From Dehalococcoidia bacterium (lineage in GTDB: Bacteria > Chloroflexota > Dehalococcoidia > GIF9 > DYGU01), in contig JBHOQK010000029.1 of assembly GCA_042408205.1 (NCBI GenBank), forward strand, positions 1,407-65,406: a stretch of 64,000 bases of DNA, written 5' to 3'. Positions 62,296 through 64,000 of the stretch are shown here, one piece after another. The notes beneath the pieces were generated by a model that saw only the letters and a program-made list of their open reading frames with translations, ran no database searches and was not told where the DNA came from. The position numbers and the translations under genes are program-made. Positions within the stretch are counted from its first letter, which is position 1. Every line of letters begins with the position of its first letter.

Positions 62296-62595
62296 TTAAA
62301 AACCTTTAATAATTGTCCAGATTCCATAAGCTATAAGATAAATTCCTAACAAGTAAGGAACTAACTTGGGCTGGGTTATAACGATAATCCCTAAAACAAT
62401 ACTTAAAACTCCAAAAATAAGGGTCAATGACGGAAAAGGACCTAATTCAATTAACATTCTATTCCTCCTCAACTCCAGAGCTATTCCCAGTATAGCAAAA
62501 TAGTCTTCTGGCGCAAAGATTGCCCCTAGTCTATTCCCTTTGATGTCACTAATCAAAAGATGTGATAAAATTTTGTAATACTTGGAGCAAATCAT
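62296..62595 (-). CDS. small DUF308-like (HdeD-like) membrane protein
   Basis: Two TM helices with a C-terminal YLIAYGIWTIIKGF-type motif. The true start may be the internal M (MLIELGP...). Confidence 0.5.
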   Translation of the reverse strand: MICSKYYKILSHLLISDIKGNRLGAIFAPEDYFAILGIALELRRNRMLIELGPFPSLTLIFGVLSIVLGIIVITQPKLVPYLLGIYLIAYGIWTIIKGF

Positions 62596-63247
62596 GCCTT
62601 ACACTACACGCCCAATGCGAGAGGAAGACATCCCTCAGGTAATTGAAATTGACCGGGAAGCTTTCCCAACTCAATGGCCCCATCCCTCTTATACCTCCTT
62701 AAAGCGCGACCTCCAAAATCAGTTAATCCACTATGTAGTAGCTTGTAAGGAACAAAACAAAAAAGAAACAATTAGCCAAAATACACACCAGAGTCTTTGG
62801 CAACTATTTTGGTCTAAACTTTTTGCTACTACTCCAAAACAATATAAATCTGGTCGTGATTACATAGTTGGCTATGCTGGCTTCTGGACAATGGTAGATG
62901 AAGCTCATCTGACCACCATTGCTGTTCGGGATGCCTATCGGCGCCGGGGACTGGGAGAACTCCTTCTCCTCTCCATTATCCATTGGGCTATGAAACTTAA
63001 TGCCAAAATAATAACTTTAGAAGTACGAGTATCTAACAAAGCTGCCCAAGCCCTTTACGAAAAATATGGTTTTAAACCCGTTGGACTTCGCCGTGGCTAT
63101 TACTCCGATAATGGTGAAGATGCTCTCCTCATGAGTACTGAGCCTATAACCACAGCCTCCTTCCAAAGCCATTTCCAACAATTAAAACAGGCTCATGCTC
63201 AGAAATGGGGTAAAACCTTTGATTACACTTTTTTAAACCGGGTTTAA
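62594..63247 (+). CDS. rimI: ribosomal-protein-alanine N-acetyltransferase RimI-like GNAT acetyltransferase
   Basis: GNAT acetyl-CoA motif (RRRGLGELLL), RimI-like N-terminus (IRPMREEDIPQVIEIDREAFP). Contains an insertion relative to a minimal RimI. The ORF track lists 62582. Confidence 0.75.
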   Translation: MPYTTRPMREEDIPQVIEIDREAFPTQWPHPSYTSLKRDLQNQLIHYVVACKEQNKKETISQNTHQSLWQLFWSKLFATTPKQYKSGRDYIVGYAGFWTMVDEAHLTTIAVRDAYRRRGLGELLLLSIIHWAMKLNAKIITLEVRVSNKAAQALYEKYGFKPVGLRRGYYSDNGEDALLMSTEPITTASFQSHFQQLKQAHAQKWGKTFDYTFLNRV

Positions 63248-63248
63248 T

Positions 63249-63836
63249 ATGGGAGAAATCAAAAGCGCCTGGGAAAAAGCTCTGGAAAAAGTAGAAAAGT
63301 TGGGTAAGCCTTCGGAAGAAGAGCTCAAATCTTTGGAATATGTCCCCTTAGGCAATACTTTAGCTGCTCGGTATCTAAAGGAAGCTGATTTTGACCTCGA
63401 GACTGAGCTTGTTCGTTACAAAGGTAGTGGCGTCAGAAAATATATAATTGAAGGGATCCAGGAAATTCTTATCCGAAACATAGTTTTACCTCGGAATGAA
63501 CAACATAAAGAACTTACTAAAAAAGCTATGAATGGTCTCAAACTAATAAAGCAAAACCAAAAGCAGCTTCAATCAGTTTTCGACCTTATAGAAAATTTAT
63601 TCCATTACTACGAGCAAGCCCGGCGTCAAGCTTACTGGCAACTAAGACAAAACTTTGAAGACAAATTGCAAGAGGTAACCAAAGCTATCCAGCAACAGTT
63701 AGGGGCTAAAGTTACAATCCAACCAGAGCTCCAGCCCCAGTTTCAAGAAGAATGGCGAAAACTCAGCGCTCAACTTGATGCCCAGTACGAAAAAGTCCTC
63801 GACCAACATAAAGAACAGATACTAAAAATAGCTTAA
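63249..63836 (+). CDS. hypothetical coiled-coil protein
   Basis: Charged, heptad-rich 195-aa ORF with no recognisable catalytic motif. Followed by a hairpin plus T-run. Confidence 0.5.
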   Translation: MGEIKSAWEKALEKVEKLGKPSEEELKSLEYVPLGNTLAARYLKEADFDLETELVRYKGSGVRKYIIEGIQEILIRNIVLPRNEQHKELTKKAMNGLKLIKQNQKQLQSVFDLIENLFHYYEQARRQAYWQLRQNFEDKLQEVTKAIQQQLGAKVTIQPELQPQFQEEWRKLSAQLDAQYEKVLDQHKEQILKIA

Positions 63837-63857
63837 AAGCAAAACCTCACTGGTACC

Positions 63858-63886
63858 CCAAGGGAATTCGAATCCCTGTTTTTAGC
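63858..63886 (+). terminator. putative intrinsic terminator after the coiled-coil gene
   Basis: Palindrome AGGGA-ATTCGAA-TCCCT (63861-63877) followed by GTTTTT. Confidence 0.4.
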
Positions 63887-64000
63887 GCTCCCACCAAAAC
63901 CTAAAACTTAAGGAAGCAGGCTAAACACTATGGACATGAATCGTCATCCAGACAAACATAACCAGTTAATCGGCTTTGATTTCTCTTTTTACCTGTTGTA

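Noticed and set aside
63841-63900. tRNA-like T-arm (AGGGAATTCGAATCCCT with flanking GGTACCCCA / TGGGGTACCA) near the window end
   Set aside because: The palindromic T-arm-like element cannot be extended into a full cloverleaf on either strand. There is no matching 5' acceptor strand and no room for D and anticodon arms. It is better explained as a terminator hairpin plus T-run after the upstream plus-strand gene.

Overview
This 64-kb window reads as a compact, gene-dense bacterial core-genome segment. About 43% GC is my estimate, and the gene content suggests an anaerobic Chloroflexota/Dehalococcoidia-like organism; both are inference only. I found no transposases, integrases, rRNA genes or CRISPR arrays.

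Confidently recognised content:
- a minus-strand pyrimidine operon (pyrR-pyrB-pyrC-carA-carB-pyrK) with a PyrR-type attenuator in its leader
- hom-thrC, folE, proB-proA and rph
- uvrB, ruvA-ruvC-yebC and mfd
- smpB followed by a tmRNA (ssrA) gene
- tRNA-Pro(GGG)
- comEA-comEC
- tatA-tatA'-tatC
- ftsK and a family-4 uracil-DNA glycosylase

Accessory-looking content:
- At 7.8-13.0 kb there is a minus-strand gene string of two desulforedoxin mini-genes missed by the 60-aa ORF cutoff, a fused GT2 glycosyltransferase/CE4 deacetylase with all catalytic motifs, and a MacA-MacB-type tripartite ABC exporter.
- At 25.7-36.2 kb there is an anaerobic catabolic island: 4-hydroxybutyryl-CoA dehydratase (AbfD), a LivKHMGF branched-chain amino-acid ABC importer, a PaaK-like acyl-CoA ligase, a tungsten-type aldehyde:ferredoxin oxidoreductase and an SDR. 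The oxidoreductase's conserved N-terminus lacks any ATG/GTG/TTG start; an ATT with a perfectly spaced Shine-Dalgarno is the only plausible initiator.
- At 57.3-61.0 kb there is a split B12 acyl-CoA mutase cluster: catalytic subunit, acyl-CoA dehydrogenase, methylmalonyl-CoA epimerase, then a separate B12-binding subunit.
- Other points: a membrane-anchored Hjc-like PD-(D/E)xK nuclease between uvrB and ruvA; a secreted two-repeat beta-sandwich protein with an ABC-2 exporter; a 47-aa membrane peptide with a strong Shine-Dalgarno; and an unusually long 0.6-kb ORF-free stretch 3' of ssrA.

All calls rest on reading motifs in the supplied translations and on my own translation of non-ORF regions. 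No database searches were run.
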